Source: an uncultured Gemmatimonadaceae bacterium | Lineage (GTDB): Bacteria > Gemmatimonadota > Gemmatimonadetes > Gemmatimonadales > Gemmatimonadaceae | Length of the DNA stretch: 64,000 nucleotides | NCBI GenBank assembly: GCA_963822945.1 | Contig: CAWGJO010000020.1 | Coordinates: forward strand, 512,001-576,000 | Direction: 5' to 3' | Shown: piece by piece, positions 61,781 to 64,000 of the stretch | How positions within the stretch are numbered: the stretch's first letter is position 1 | Layout of the letters: the number at the start of each line of letters is the position of its first letter | Notes under the pieces: model-generated | Seen by the model: the letters and a program-made list of their open reading frames with translations, nothing else | Told to the model about the DNA's origin: nothing | Database searches by the model: none | Position numbers and translations under genes: made by a program

Positions 61781-63340
61781 TCACCGACTCGCCGCGTCAC
61801 TGCTGTCGGGCCAGGTCCCCTTCCATCCACGCAGCACCCAGATCCGCCGATACGCGGCCACGTCGCCGTCGCGGCGCGTGAGGGGCACGAGCGATCCCTT
61901 CTCGATCGAGCGAAATTGCGGGCCGAGGACCACCGCGGTGTGGTGGGGCCATGCAACCTCGTCGAGCACGAGAACCAGATCGTCGCCCGGATGCGCGAGC
62001 GCTTGGAATCCGGGCCACAGGTCATACTGGTTCGGCCGTCCGGACAGATTCGTAGAGAACGTGACCGTCTGGTCGGGCATGTGGAACGCGAGTTCTGACG
62101 CGTCCTGATACTTGTCCGCGCCCACCCAGACATGGACGCTGTCGCCGGCGATCCGACGGCGGGCCGACGCCACGCTGTCGGCCAGCTGCTGCCATCCGGC
62201 GGATCGCGCAACCGGATCGCGGCGGGCCGGCAGGGGGAGCACCGGCGTCACGGACTGCACGTAGATAACGGACGATGCCAGCGCGGCGAGCCCCACGCCC
62301 CACCAGAACCACTTGCGGGCGATCCGGCCCCAGTCGGTGAGCGCCAGGAGTGGCACCGCGGGTACGTATGCGATCGCGGGCCAGTTGGCCTCGACGGGAC
62401 GGCGAAGGGCGCTGAACACGAACAGGCCCACACTGGTGAGCGCCACGACGGCCAGCAGGTAGTGGACGTCGGAGTCGGGACGCCGGAAGGCTCGCCAGAC
62501 GGCAATGGCCAGCAACACGAGAATGATCGGTGACGCGAGACCTGCCTGTCCGCCCACCAGGTTCAGTTCGCGCTTGAGCGGCGATCCCGTGGGGGCGCCC
62601 AGCCCATGGTGGATCTGGAACCCGAAGGAGATCCACCCGTGGTGTGAATTCCACACGAGCACAGGGATGAATACGATCAGCGCCGCGAGGCATGCCACGT
62701 ACGGCCCCGGTTCCGCCAACCGGGCCCGGAGGCCGCGGCGGGTGAGTACGGCGATGGTGACGCCCACCGGCAGCAGAATGGACGTGTACTTCGAGGAGAA
62801 GGCGAGGCCGAGGGACACGCCGGCGGCGATCCACCACCAGAGCGCGGGCGTGGACCGCGGCGGATGGCCGAGTGCGCGGACCACGCAGTAGAGACCGGCC
62901 GCCGCGGTCATCAGGAGTGGAACGTCCGGTGTGGCAAGCACCATCCCGGAAGCCGCCAGCGGCATGACCGCGAACACCACCGCCGCCAGGAATCCGGCCC
63001 GATCGCCGCCCACCCGCCGTGCGATCGCAGCCCCGAACAGCGACGCCAGGAACCCGGCAACGATCACGAGGAATCGAACGGCGATCGGCGACCGGGAAAG
63101 ACCCACGGCCGCGGCCACCCACGTTCCGCCGCGAATGAGGGCGGCGATGCCCCAGGGGTGGTCGAAGTAGCCCGCCGCCAGATGCCGCGACCATTCCCAG
63201 TAGTAGGTCTCGTCGGGGAACAGGGGGATGAGGGCGGCGAACAGCAGCCGGATCAGTGCCGCCACGCCAAGCACTGCGAGCGCGAGATGCCAGTCGTTCC
63301 GGACGCGCCGGCCGCCGTCGGGCGAGACCGCCGGCGTCAT
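61781..63340 (-). CDS. GT39/ArnT-PMT family membrane glycosyltransferase
   Basis: DETYYWEWS, YFDHP, TPD, SKY; multi-TM; ATGA overlap. Confidence 0.9.
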   Translation of the reverse strand: MTPAVSPDGGRRVRNDWHLALAVLGVAALIRLLFAALIPLFPDETYYWEWSRHLAAGYFDHPWGIAALIRGGTWVAAAVGLSRSPIAVRFLVIVAGFLASLFGAAIARRVGGDRAGFLAAVVFAVMPLAASGMVLATPDVPLLMTAAAGLYCVVRALGHPPRSTPALWWWIAAGVSLGLAFSSKYTSILLPVGVTIAVLTRRGLRARLAEPGPYVACLAALIVFIPVLVWNSHHGWISFGFQIHHGLGAPTGSPLKRELNLVGGQAGLASPIILVLLAIAVWRAFRRPDSDVHYLLAVVALTSVGLFVFSALRRPVEANWPAIAYVPAVPLLALTDWGRIARKWFWWGVGLAALASSVIYVQSVTPVLPLPARRDPVARSAGWQQLADSVASARRRIAGDSVHVWVGADKYQDASELAFHMPDQTVTFSTNLSGRPNQYDLWPGFQALAHPGDDLVLVLDEVAWPHHTAVVLGPQFRSIEKGSLVPLTRRDGDVAAYRRIWVLRGWKGTWPDSSDAASR

Positions 63341-64000
63341 GCGCGGTCCGCCGCCGGTGCGGACCGGCGTCGGCGCCACGCGAACCGAATCAGGACCAGG
63401 CCCCAGATCCAGATGAGCCACGACATGCGCTCGTTTTCCGAGAGCATGGTGAACATGCGCGCGGCAACGAGCGGCAGGGTGGCCGCCAGCCGCCACGGCG
63501 AGAAGCCCGTATTGGCCTGGCGTCGCTCCACGACGCGGGTGCCTTCGATGCCTCGGGTTCTGATCACGCGGTCGATGGACTCGGCGAGGGAATCGGTGCC
63601 CATGCCGCGCCATCCCGGGAGCTGGATCAGCGTCCATGCCGGCGCGGTGAAGCCCCAGCCGTGATTGTCCGTGCCCGCCACCAGGGCCAGGTTGAAGGTG
63701 TCGGCGACGGTGTTGATCGCCATCCGCTTGCGGCGCGTCTCACCGAGGCCGCGCGGCGAACCGTCCACGATCTCCATGGCGCGGACGCCGGGAGTGCGGG
63801 GGCCCGTGGCCGGGTGCAGATGCCGCAGTTCGCCTGGAAAGGTGAAGATGACGATCGGCTCGTGGTTGGGCAGCATGCTGGCCATGGCGAGCGACGTGTC
63901 GTCGATGTCGCGCAGATTCGGATCCGTGAGCCCGCGATACGTCCGCTGGGCTCCGAGAACGTTCACGTGGGCTCCGTCCCACACGACTTCCAGACCCTGC
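63337..64000 (-). CDS. PHP-domain-like membrane protein (5' part outside window)
   Basis: HVNVLG and GTDNHG motifs, C-terminal TM helix. Confidence 0.6.
   Translation of the reverse strand, partial: QGLEVVWDGAHVNVLGAQRTYRGLTDPNLRDIDDTSLAMASMLPNHEPIVIFTFPGELRHLHPATGPRTPGVRAMEIVDGSPRGLGETRRKRMAINTVADTFNLALVAGTDNHGWGFTAPAWTLIQLPGWRGMGTDSLAESIDRVIRTRGIEGTRVVERRQANTGFSPWRLAATLPLVAARMFTMLSENERMSWLIWIWGLVLIRFAWRRRRSAPAADRA

Overview
High-GC bacterial chromosome segment, probably Gemmatimonadota (inferred from gene style and family content, not verified by search). It carries about 60 genes, mostly core metabolism and envelope functions: end of a cytochrome c oxidase operon, dacB, gyrA, sucB-lpdA, ECF sigma/anti-sigma, rnhA, squalene synthase, thyX, EF-G paralogue, DUF1800/DUF1501, PBP1A, rho. 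I found no rRNA, tRNA, CRISPR array or transposase. Best candidate for a new system (53.6-56.6 kb): a TPR protein (one-base frameshift here), an unannotated 47-aa lipobox peptide with a Cys-x11-Cys tail, a REC-like/AraC regulator and a single-domain receiver. The TPR and peptide promoters share the same 21-bp-periodic direct repeat, 6 nt upstream of a -35-like hexamer, suggesting a peptide-signalling circuit. Second candidate: a separately promoted four-gene operon (two non-canonical Ddl-like ATP-grasp ligases, GNAT, lysine 2,3-aminomutase) that may build an acylated beta-lysine peptide. Other oddities: RNase HI with altered catalytic residues, a doubly degenerate GGDEF-NTPase-TPR protein, a ZU5-like lipoprotein with an HFT motif, and dispersed heptamer repeats at gene ends. 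Several starts were moved from the ORF track to more plausible codons.
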